Below, piece by piece: positions 19,781 to 27,225 of a stretch of DNA of 64,000 bases. The notes below the pieces were generated by a model. It did not search any database. It had not been told where the DNA came from and worked only from the letters and a program-made list of their open reading frames with translations. The DNA comes from an uncultured Candidatus Saccharibacteria bacterium (GTDB lineage Bacteria; Patescibacteriota; Minisyncoccia; Phycocordibacterales; UBA3531). The stretch spans positions 4,146-68,145 of the forward strand of contig CAYIAA010000003.1 in NCBI GenBank assembly GCA_964361405.1, written 5' to 3'. Position 1 is the first letter of the stretch. Each line of letters starts with the position of its first letter. The position numbers and the translations under genes are program-made.

Positions 19781-20035
19781 CTACTCGAACGGATTTTTGT
19801 ACGTTTGCTCGAAAGGGTTTGCCGCTTCCGCAGGGTTCAAACTGGGAATGTCTTCTGCGGGATTTAAATCCGGCTCTGGAGTAATGACAATCGGCGCCTG
19901 ATCAGGCGGAAGCGCCTCTTCCCCTCCCGGAGATACCACGAAGACGTACGCACCAATCCCGACAAGAATCACGAGCACAATTATTATTGCGGTGGATGTC
20001 ACAATGCTCACGTTCTCCATACTTGATTCCATCAT
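19781..20035 (-). CDS. Small single-pass membrane hypothetical protein
   Basis: One TM helix, Pro-rich tail ending 'ANPFEQTYKNPFE'. The start is uncertain (20035 chosen; the ORF is open to 20104). Confidence 0.65.
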   Translation of the reverse strand: MMESSMENVSIVTSTAIIIVLVILVGIGAYVFVVSPGGEEALPPDQAPIVITPEPDLNPAEDIPSLNPAEAANPFEQTYKNPFE

Positions 20036-20179
20036 ACCCCCGAATCGGGGGTAAATGTATGAGTTATCAACAGCGAGACTCCGCGTGGACACCTCTTTTT
20101 TCATTCGGGCTGCCGGGATTCGAACCCGGAGTCACCTAAGTTTGTTTCTGCAAACTTCCGCGAATATCCAAGGACATTC

Positions 20180-20280
20180 GGTTATCCTTCGTGTCGGGGT
20201 ACCGGGATTCGAACCCGGAGTCACCTGGTCCCAAACCAGGCATGTTACCGTTACACCATACCCCGACACGAAGGATAACC
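20180..20280. repeat. Perfect 15-bp inverted repeat flanking the inner tRNA-Pro
   Basis: GGTTATCCTTCGTGT (20180-94) / ACACGAAGGATAACC (20266-80), continuous with the acceptor stem to give a 22-bp helix. Confidence 0.9.
20194..20265 (-). tRNA. Inner, uninterrupted tRNA-Pro(TGG)
   Basis: CGGGGTA/TACCCCG acceptor stem, CCTGG-TTTGGGA-CCAGG anticodon arm, GGTTCGAATCC T-arm; 72 nt. Confidence 0.95.
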
Positions 20281-20342
20281 CCAAACCAGGCATGTTACCG
20301 TTACACCACAGCCCGATTTCTCACTTCACCACTTTAGCACTT

Positions 20343-20735
20343 TCAAGAAAATTTAATGTCTTCGATGAAGCGAATATCCCACTTTTCTAATCGCGCATGA
20401 AAGTACACGGAAACTACATCAACGACGTATTCCTCGTCATCTGGAATGTCACGCTCAAGAAGGTAGGTTTCAATAGTGCGAGCGAGTCGCGCACGTTTAA
20501 AACTGTGGACATTGTCTTCCGGTTCATACCTATCGAGACGGTCTTCGTGGCCCTTCACTGAAACAGTTTTTACTTCAACAAAGTGCAACTCCTTTCCCTT
20601 TTTTGCGACAATATCTATTTCTCCCCACTTCTTTGCATAATTTCGCTCAATAATAAAAAAACCATGTTCTTTAAGAAATAACACTGCCTTGTCTTCTCCC
20701 AGTGTCCCTAAAATTTGCTTTTCTGTCTTAGACAT
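20343..20735 (-). CDS. yraN: YraN family (UPF0102) PD-(D/E)XK-like nuclease
   Basis: 'GTLGEDKA', 'GEIDIVA', 'FVEVKT'. Confidence 0.9.
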   Translation of the reverse strand: MSKTEKQILGTLGEDKAVLFLKEHGFFIIERNYAKKWGEIDIVAKKGKELHFVEVKTVSVKGHEDRLDRYEPEDNVHSFKRARLARTIETYLLERDIPDDEEYVVDVVSVYFHARLEKWDIRFIEDIKFS

Positions 20736-20925
20736 TATTTGTTCATATGTTGTTTCTTAAGGAACACTTGAAGTAGTACTCGAACAGAAGGTCCTATATA
20801 AAACTGATGTTTTAAGCCAAATTTATAAGACGAACATTTATAAAGTACAAAACACTACGTCCTTTATGCACACTTTCCACAGGGTTATCAACAGATTTCA
20901 AGGACTCTCTTTTCGTCTTTTTCGG

Positions 20926-20996
20926 TGCGGGTAGGGAGAATCGAACTCCCGTCTCATCCTTGGCAAGGACGTGTTCTACCACTAAACCATACCCGC
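20926..20996 (-). tRNA. tRNA-Gly(GCC)
   Basis: Same body as tRNA-Gly(TCC); anticodon arm CGTCC-TTGCCAA-GGATG. Confidence 0.95.
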
Positions 20997-21028
20997 AGAA
21001 AACTTATCCATTCCTCCATCGCGCACCG

Positions 21029-21137
21029 TGCCGCAACATATGCCCCCGAGAGGATTTGAACCTCTACTCTTTTGCAAGAACTAGCTCCTGAAGCTAGCGC
21101 GTCTACCAATTCCGCCACGGGGGCATATGTTGCGGCA
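21029..21137. repeat. Perfect 13-bp inverted repeat flanking tRNA-Leu
   Basis: TGCCGCAACATAT (21029-41) / ATATGTTGCGGCA (21125-37), extending the acceptor stem to 20 bp. Confidence 0.9.
21041..21124 (-). tRNA. tRNA-Leu(CAG)
   Basis: GCCCCCG/CGGGGGC acceptor stem, D-loop GGCGGAATTGGTAGACGC, CTAGC-TTCAGGA-GCTAG, long variable arm. Confidence 0.95.
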
Positions 21138-21239
21138 GCTGCCCTAGCTACCTACTACGATATCTATCAAAAAACGTTGGGGTAGAGGTATCCTCAAAAA
21201 AACAAAACAGTTTGTTTTCTCCGTCGGCTCACATCCGTT

Positions 21240-21311
21240 TGCCCCCGGCAGGATTCGAACCCACAATACAGCGTCCGAAGCGCTGCGTGATATCCATTTC
21301 ACTACAGGGGC
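21240..21311 (-). tRNA. tRNA-Arg(TCG)
   Basis: GCCCCTG/CGGGGGC acceptor stem, CAGCG-CTTCGGA-CGCTG anticodon arm, GGTTCGAATCC. Confidence 0.93.
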
Positions 21312-21392
21312 ATAAAAAAGGTGATTCTAGAGCTTCCATACTTTAGTACAAAATTGTGAAAATATCAAAAAATGCGCTAAAATAAGGGCCTT

Positions 21393-22862
21393 ATGAGACC
21401 CATCACCATTCCAGACGAGGTTTCACGTATAACATCTACCCTAGAAAATGCGGGTTTCAAGGCCTATTTGGTCGGAGGGTGTACGAGAGATCTCATCTTG
21501 GATAGAAAACCAAAAGACTGGGATATTACTACGGAGGCTGATCCAGAGAAAATTATGGAACTTTTCCCGCATACATTCTATACAAATACCTATGGAACAG
21601 TAACCGTCGTAAATGATGACGTAGAGAATGAAACTCTTAAAAACATAGAAGTTACACCCTTCAGGAAAGAGGGGATCTATAGCGATAAAAGACATCCTGA
21701 CGAGGTGATATTTACAAAGAACCTTGAAGAAGACCTTTCGAGGAGAGACTTTACTATTAATGCTATAGCATACAGTGTTTCTAAAGGACAATTTATTGAT
21801 CCATATAAAGGACAAGATGATATAAAGGACAAAATGGTACGTGCGGTAGGAAACCCTGTAGAGCGTTTTTCAGAGGATGCTTTACGAATGATGCGCGCGA
21901 TTAGACTCGCCGCCGAGCTTGGTTTCACGTTAAACACAGACACAAAAAGAGCACTAAAGGAAAAGGCTCAATTAATAAGAGAAATCGCGGCGGAGAGGGT
22001 TAGAGATGAGCTTTCTAAGACCCTTATGGCTGAAAAACCTATACTTGCCGTCGAAGTTGCACGTGAAACAGGTATTATCAACTATATTCTTCCAGAATTG
22101 CTTGAGGGAATTGGTATACAGCAAAACCAAGCCCACAGTTATGAGGTCTGGGAACACAATCTTCGCAGTCTCCAACATGCCGCGAATAGGGGGTGGCCGT
22201 TTCACGTGAGACTTTCAGCACTTCTCCACGACATTGGAAAACCACGCGCGCGGCTCTGGGACGAAAAAAAGAAGGACTGGACATTTCACGGACATGATGT
22301 GATCGGAGCAAAAATGACCAAACATATAGTGGAACGGTTAAAGTTTTCACGTGAAACAGCTGATGTCGTCACAAAACTCGTGCGATATCATCTCTTTTTT
22401 TCAGATACGGAAAAAATCACCTTATCTGCAGTGCGGAGAGTAATCCGAAAAGTCGGTCCAGAGAATATCTGGGAACTCATGAAACTTCGTGCCTGTGATC
22501 GGATTGGAACCGGAAGACCTAAGGAAACACCGTATCGTCTCCGAAAATACGAAAGTATGATCGAAGAAGCCCTCCGGGACCCTATTTCTGTTTCTATGCT
22601 CGCCCTTGGCGGAGCGGATGTTATGCACATCACCCAACTAGAACCAGGACAAAAAATTGGTCACATTCTCCACGCCTTACTCGAAGATGTCCTTGATGAC
22701 CCAAAAAGAAATACGAGAGAGTACCTTGAGAGCCGGGTAAAGGAACTTGCTACTCTATCCGAAAATGAACTTACCCAACTCGGTCAGCGTGGAAAAGAAA
22801 AAAAAGGAGAGCTTGAGGGAGCTGAAATTCAGGAAATTAGGAAGAGACATTGGGTGCAGTAG
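21393..22862 (+). CDS. cca: CCA tRNA nucleotidyltransferase (class II) with HD domain
   Basis: 'LVGGCTRD', 'KDWDI', 'DLSRRDFTINA', 'EDALRMMRAIR', 'LLHDIGKP'. Confidence 0.9.
   Translation: MRPITIPDEVSRITSTLENAGFKAYLVGGCTRDLILDRKPKDWDITTEADPEKIMELFPHTFYTNTYGTVTVVNDDVENETLKNIEVTPFRKEGIYSDKRHPDEVIFTKNLEEDLSRRDFTINAIAYSVSKGQFIDPYKGQDDIKDKMVRAVGNPVERFSEDALRMMRAIRLAAELGFTLNTDTKRALKEKAQLIREIAAERVRDELSKTLMAEKPILAVEVARETGIINYILPELLEGIGIQQNQAHSYEVWEHNLRSLQHAANRGWPFHVRLSALLHDIGKPRARLWDEKKKDWTFHGHDVIGAKMTKHIVERLKFSRETADVVTKLVRYHLFFSDTEKITLSAVRRVIRKVGPENIWELMKLRACDRIGTGRPKETPYRLRKYESMIEEALRDPISVSMLALGGADVMHITQLEPGQKIGHILHALLEDVLDDPKRNTREYLESRVKELATLSENELTQLGQRGKEKKGELEGAEIQEIRKRHWVQ
21419..22358. promoter_or_regulatory. 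Cluster of five parS-like 16-mers inside cca
   Basis: Near matches to TGTTNCACGTGAAACA at 21419, 21921, 22055, 22198 and 22343 (1-3 mismatches each). Confidence 0.7.
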
Positions 22863-22879
22863 GTTTTTTAAGCTAAGAG

Positions 22880-22911
22880 AAAGCCACCACTGAAATGAGT
22901 GGTGGCTTTTT
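22880..22911. terminator. Bidirectional intrinsic terminator
   Basis: AAAGCCACCACT-gaaatg-AGTGGTGGCTTTTT. Confidence 0.8.
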
Positions 22912-23047
22912 GTGGGTTGAGGACAGGGAGTAGGCACTCTCGTTCCGGCGCTAGTAGGGTACGGGGGTAGGTCGTAATACCCCCGGGGGCTAAGTGGGCC
23001 GCTCCCTGTCCCCGTTTGTTTAATTTCTCCTTGTTCTGGTTAATCTA
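22880..23047 (-). ncRNA. Candidate small structured RNA with own promoter and terminator
   Basis: TTGACC-17-TATTAT (23082-23054, minus strand); GC-rich stem 22921-30/23002-11; inner 8-bp hairpin; ends at a terminator. Confidence 0.55.
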
Positions 23048-23087
23048 ACTATAATAATAACGAGGTGAAAATGGCAGGTCAATAGAC

Positions 23088-24011
23088 TTATTCAGGTCGT
23101 CCACGTTTTCTTGCGTGAAATGCCTTATGCACATCACGGAGTTGTCTATCCGTAATGTGCGTATAGATTTGAGTTGTTGAAATACTGGCGTGACCGAGCA
23201 TCGCTTGGACGGAACGGAGATCTGCTCCATTTTCAAGAAGGTCAGTGGCAAAACTATGGCGAAGAATGTGCGGTGTAACCTGTTTCCCAATCCCTGCTCG
23301 CACGGCGTACGTGCGCACAATGCGCTCAACACTCCTCGGAGAAAGAGCTGTATCGATACTTTTCTTGTTCTTATTTAATCCCTTGTTCACACTGACAAAA
23401 AGTGCATCCCCCATATCTTTTCGAGCCATAAGATATGCCCTGAGAGCATCCTTTGCGCGCTTAGAAAGAAAAACTACTCTCACTTTTTGTCCTTTACCAC
23501 GCACCGAGAACTCATCCCGTGAGAGATCTACGCTCTCACGGGTAAGAGATGTGAGCTCCGAGACGCGAAGCCCTGTCGAAAAGAGGAGTTCGAGCAATGC
23601 TTTATCGCGAAGACCCTTCACATCACGCGTATCCGGGGCCTTGAGCAGGCGGTTGAGTTCATCAGAAGCAATGAGATCGAGGGAGCGCTCTCCGACCTTT
23701 GCCAATTCAATACGATCCGGCTGAAGCGCTGATATACCGCGTTTACCAAGATAGGTGAGAAGTGAACGCAGTGCTATAAGATGGTAATTCTGGGTGTTTT
23801 TTTTGAGGTGGCCACCGGTACCCGCTTGGCGATTAAGCCAGAGGCGAAAACGGCGGACCGATTCATCATCAATATCTTTTTCACTATGAATGCCGGCAAA
23901 TTCAAAGAAACGTGTTAAATAGTGATCGTAGTTTTGAACGGTCTTCAAGCTTCTGCCACGTTCAATCTCAAGATGTTCCAAAAATTGGCGCTTCAATTTT
24001 TCAATATTCAT
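23088..24011 (-). CDS. XerC/XerD-family chromosomal tyrosine recombinase
   Basis: 'STGLRVSEL', 'GKGQKVR', 'TPHILRHSFAT', 'LGHASISTTQIYTH'; N-terminal SAM-like domain. Confidence 0.93.
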   Translation of the reverse strand: MNIEKLKRQFLEHLEIERGRSLKTVQNYDHYLTRFFEFAGIHSEKDIDDESVRRFRLWLNRQAGTGGHLKKNTQNYHLIALRSLLTYLGKRGISALQPDRIELAKVGERSLDLIASDELNRLLKAPDTRDVKGLRDKALLELLFSTGLRVSELTSLTRESVDLSRDEFSVRGKGQKVRVVFLSKRAKDALRAYLMARKDMGDALFVSVNKGLNKNKKSIDTALSPRSVERIVRTYAVRAGIGKQVTPHILRHSFATDLLENGADLRSVQAMLGHASISTTQIYTHITDRQLRDVHKAFHARKRGRPE

Positions 24012-24133
24012 ACAAGTGATCCTAGTCGCACAATAATATTGTAACACCCCGGACACAATGATCCGGCGCCCGCATTTTTTACAGGTCGACAGTACTATTT
24101 GCACGATCACGATTTCGTGCTATGATTGCCCTC

Positions 24134-24424
24134 ATGTTAGCGCAGAAGAAAAAGCAAACTATCATCAAAAAACACCAGGTCCATGAAAAAGACACTGGTT
24201 CTTCGTCGGTGCAAATTGCGACCCTGACGGGGCAAATTAATGAACTTGTCCGGCACTTAAAAAAGCACGGTAAAGACATCCACTCTCGCCGCGGCCTCCT
24301 TCAGATGGTTGCGCGCCGCAGGTCACATATGCACTATCTCGAGAAAAAAGATCGGAAGGCCTACGAAGCGCTCATGAAAAAACTTTCGCTCAAACTCGCG
24401 AAACCGACGAAAGGTATTCGATAA
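24134..24424 (+). CDS. rpsO: 30S ribosomal protein S15
   Basis: 'DTGSSSVQIATLT', 'HLKKHGKDIHSRRGLLQMV'. Confidence 0.96.
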   Translation: MLAQKKKQTIIKKHQVHEKDTGSSSVQIATLTGQINELVRHLKKHGKDIHSRRGLLQMVARRRSHMHYLEKKDRKAYEALMKKLSLKLAKPTKGIR

Positions 24425-24427
24425 AGT

Positions 24428-24946
24428 ATGGCAATTATCAAGCAGAAGGGTCAGCGGGTCGGTGTCTTCATCGATACGCAGAACCTTTATCATAGCGCAA
24501 AAAATCTTTATCGCGCCCGTGTCAATTTCACTGCGATCCTCAAGGAGGCAGTTGCGGGAAGAACACTTGTTCGCGCCATCGCCTACGTCATCAGAACTGA
24601 ATCGGGAGAAGAAAAAGCATTCCTCGAGGCGCTCGAGAAAATCGGCATTGAGACAAAGACCAAGGATCTTCAAATTTTCTATGGTGGTGCAAAAAAAGCC
24701 GACTGGGATGTGGGGCTCGCCGTTGACGCCATCAAACTCGCGCCAAAACTCGACGCCATTGTCATAGCGTCTGGTGATGGAGACTTCGTCCCGCTTGTTG
24801 ATTACTTGAAAGCAACCACGCAAGTCGAGGTACTTTCATTCGGCAAGAGCACATCCGCACATCTCAAGGAAGTTGCTGATGATTTTGTCGATATCTGCGA
24901 GGATCCAAGCTCTTATCTCATTCCAGAATCACGAAGAAAAAAGTGA
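24428..24946 (+). CDS. NYN domain (LabA/DUF88, PIN-like) protein
   Basis: 'VFIDTQNLY', 'KADWDVGLAVD', 'SGDGDFVPLV'. Confidence 0.9.
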   Translation: MAIIKQKGQRVGVFIDTQNLYHSAKNLYRARVNFTAILKEAVAGRTLVRAIAYVIRTESGEEKAFLEALEKIGIETKTKDLQIFYGGAKKADWDVGLAVDAIKLAPKLDAIVIASGDGDFVPLVDYLKATTQVEVLSFGKSTSAHLKEVADDFVDICEDPSSYLIPESRRKK

Positions 24947-24999
24947 AGTAAATTCGGATTTCGTTTCTATAATTTGTTTCGAAATCCTGTCGATCAAAT

Positions 25000-27225
25000 A
25001 TGACAAAAAAAGAATACACAACCGAGGTTGGCGACACGCGCCTCTCGGCGACCTTCTCTGATCTTACCGATCAAGCAAACGGATCCGTTATTGTGAGTTT
25101 AGGTGGCACTGCGGTACTTGTCACCGCAGTAATGGGAAAAGAAAATCGCGACGACATCGATTATTTACCGCTCGTGGTCGATTACGAAGAACGCTTTTAT
25201 GCCGCGGGACTCCTCCTTGGCGGGCGCTTCATGAAGCGCGAGGGGCGGCCTTCGGACGAAGCAATTCTCGCAGGACGCCTCGTGGACAGAACCATTCGGC
25301 CTCTCTTTGACCAGTCAATACGGAGGGATATCCAAATCGTCATCACTATACTTTCAGTTGACGGAAAAAATGACCCCGATATTCCGTCAATCATTGCAAC
25401 ATCTCTCGCACTTGGCACATCGGATATTCCTTGGGGAGGGCCGGTTGGCGCGATTCGAATTTCAGGGGGTCACGATGGTCTGCTTTCTATTAATCCTTCT
25501 TACAGCGTACGGGAGGGCTGTGACTTTGATCTCGTCTTGTGCGGACAAGGAGAAACAATAAACATGATTGAAGCGGAAGCACGTGAAACCCCGGAGGAAA
25601 CAATAGTGAAAACACTTGAACCCGCAATCAAGCATTTTGGAGCACTTGAAAATTTTCAGAAAAAAATCATTCGAGAGATTGGAAAGAAAAAAATCACTCT
25701 GGCGCACCGTGCTAAAGACTCGAAGATAAAAGAGCATTTTGAAAAAGAAGCTGCCGGAAAATTGAAAAATGCCTTCTACAGCGGCCCTGGTCACGATGGA
25801 CTTGATGCTCTCCGAAATGAATGGCTTCAGAGTTTCACCGTCGCCTACCCAAGTATGCCAACCGAAGACGCCGCCCTCCACTTTGAAGAAGCAGTGAACA
25901 CATTCCTCCATACGGAAGCGATTGAACGAGGTGGGCGCGCCGACGGACGAAAGGTTGATCAAGTTCGACCGCTCTTTGCCGAAGCTGGCGGCATATCGGA
26001 TTTTCTCCACGGTGTCGGAATTTTTTACCGCGGCGGAACGCATGTCCTCTCGGTACTCACACTCGGGGGGCCGGAGGATTCACAGATTGTCGAGGGAATG
26101 GAGGTTAGGACAAAAAAGTACTTCATGCACCATTACAATTTCCCGCCGTTCTCATCGGGTGAAACCGGTCGTCTTGGTGGCACGAACCGACGTGCCGTCG
26201 GCCACGGAGCTCTCGTTGAAAAAGCGCTTAAGGCAGTGATCCCCGATCGAATATCTTTTCCATACACAATTAGACTTGTATCCGAATCAATGGCATCGAA
26301 CGGCTCCACGTCAATGGCATCGGTGTGCGCAAGTTCACTCGCACTCATTGACGGCGGTGTACCGCTAAAGACTCCCGTCGCGGGAGTCGCCATGGGGCTT
26401 GCTATGGAGAATAGTTCACGGTACCAAATTCTCTCTGACATCCAAGGTCCCGAAGATCATCATGGCGATATGGATTTTAAAGTTGCCGGCACAAAGGAAG
26501 GTATTACGGCGCTCCAGCTCGACGTCAAAGTGAGCGGTATCCCAGTGAAAATCCTTGCCGAAGCCCTCACGCAGGCAAAAGAAGCCAGAACCCACATTCT
26601 CTCCGTGATGACGGAGGCCGTGAAAGGAAAAAATTTTGCACTTAAACCTTCCGCACCGCGCGTAGAACGAATCACCATCGACCCTGATAAAATCGGCTTC
26701 GTCATAGGACCCGGGGGGCGCACAATCAACCAGTTGAGCGAAGAGACGGGAGCGACCGTAAACGTGGAACAAGATGGTACAGTTTTTGTCATGGGAGGAA
26801 AAGATGCCGTCCTTCGAGCAAAAGACGAAATTCTTAGCATGACCAGAACATTCACTCCCGGAGATCGCATGGAGGGCACCGTCGTCAAGTTATTTGATTT
26901 CGGAGCCGTGGTTAGGTTAAGTCCTTATGCCGAAGGATTGGTGCACATTTCCGAACTTGCTCCGTTTCGCGTGGAAAAAGTGACCGACATTGTCTGTGAA
27001 GGGGAGAAGGTGCCAGTTATGGTGAAAGATATCGATGAACGTGGGCGTCTTTCTCTCTCTATCGTCAAAGCAGAGCCGAACTTCGCCCAAGATCGAGGGC
27101 CCAAAGTCTGTCCAGAGCCGGAAACTACTCATGGAGACGACGGGGTAGGATATAATAAAAAGAATGGGAGACATGAAGGAGGTGAAAAAAGATACGGGCG
27201 GGACCGAGAACGAAGGGGGCATTAG
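25000..27225 (+). CDS. pnp: Polyribonucleotide nucleotidyltransferase (PNPase)
   Basis: Two RNase PH domains ('RLVDRTIRPLF', 'SNGSTSMASVC', 'GDMDFKVAGT'), KH and S1. Confidence 0.97.
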   Translation: MTKKEYTTEVGDTRLSATFSDLTDQANGSVIVSLGGTAVLVTAVMGKENRDDIDYLPLVVDYEERFYAAGLLLGGRFMKREGRPSDEAILAGRLVDRTIRPLFDQSIRRDIQIVITILSVDGKNDPDIPSIIATSLALGTSDIPWGGPVGAIRISGGHDGLLSINPSYSVREGCDFDLVLCGQGETINMIEAEARETPEETIVKTLEPAIKHFGALENFQKKIIREIGKKKITLAHRAKDSKIKEHFEKEAAGKLKNAFYSGPGHDGLDALRNEWLQSFTVAYPSMPTEDAALHFEEAVNTFLHTEAIERGGRADGRKVDQVRPLFAEAGGISDFLHGVGIFYRGGTHVLSVLTLGGPEDSQIVEGMEVRTKKYFMHHYNFPPFSSGETGRLGGTNRRAVGHGALVEKALKAVIPDRISFPYTIRLVSESMASNGSTSMASVCASSLALIDGGVPLKTPVAGVAMGLAMENSSRYQILSDIQGPEDHHGDMDFKVAGTKEGITALQLDVKVSGIPVKILAEALTQAKEARTHILSVMTEAVKGKNFALKPSAPRVERITIDPDKIGFVIGPGGRTINQLSEETGATVNVEQDGTVFVMGGKDAVLRAKDEILSMTRTFTPGDRMEGTVVKLFDFGAVVRLSPYAEGLVHISELAPFRVEKVTDIVCEGEKVPVMVKDIDERGRLSLSIVKAEPNFAQDRGPKVCPEPETTHGDDGVGYNKKNGRHEGGEKRYGRDRERRGH

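Larger units (their letters stand above)
20105..20315 (-). tRNA. Outer tRNA-Pro(TGG) split at the anticodon loop by a ~140 nt insertion
   Basis: 5' half 20315-20281 (CGGGCTG TGGTGTAACGGTAACATG CCTGG TTTGG). 3' half 20139-20105 (TTAGG TGACT CCGGG TTCGAAT CCCGG CAGCCCG A). The acceptor stem pairs perfectly. Confidence 0.7.

Noticed and set aside
20194-20315. Direct repeats near tRNA-Pro as a CRISPR array or tandem-repeat artefact
   Set aside because: There are only two copies, both are tRNA halves with different compensatory acceptor stems, and there are no spacers or cas genes.
16550-20996. Direct repeat of tRNA-Gly 3' ends as attL/attR of an integrated island
   Set aside because: Both copies are complete tRNA-Gly genes with different anticodons (TCC, GCC), and no integrase lies between them.
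22921-23011. Structured element as 5S rRNA or SRP RNA
   Set aside because: Only short TAGCGCCG and CGAGAGT similarities to 5S, no CCGAAC loop and too short. No SRP GGAA-tetraloop motif.
23088-24011. Tyrosine recombinase as a phage/ICE integrase
   Set aside because: Its length and motifs match housekeeping XerC/D, it is flanked by cca and rpsO, and no cargo or att sites are visible.
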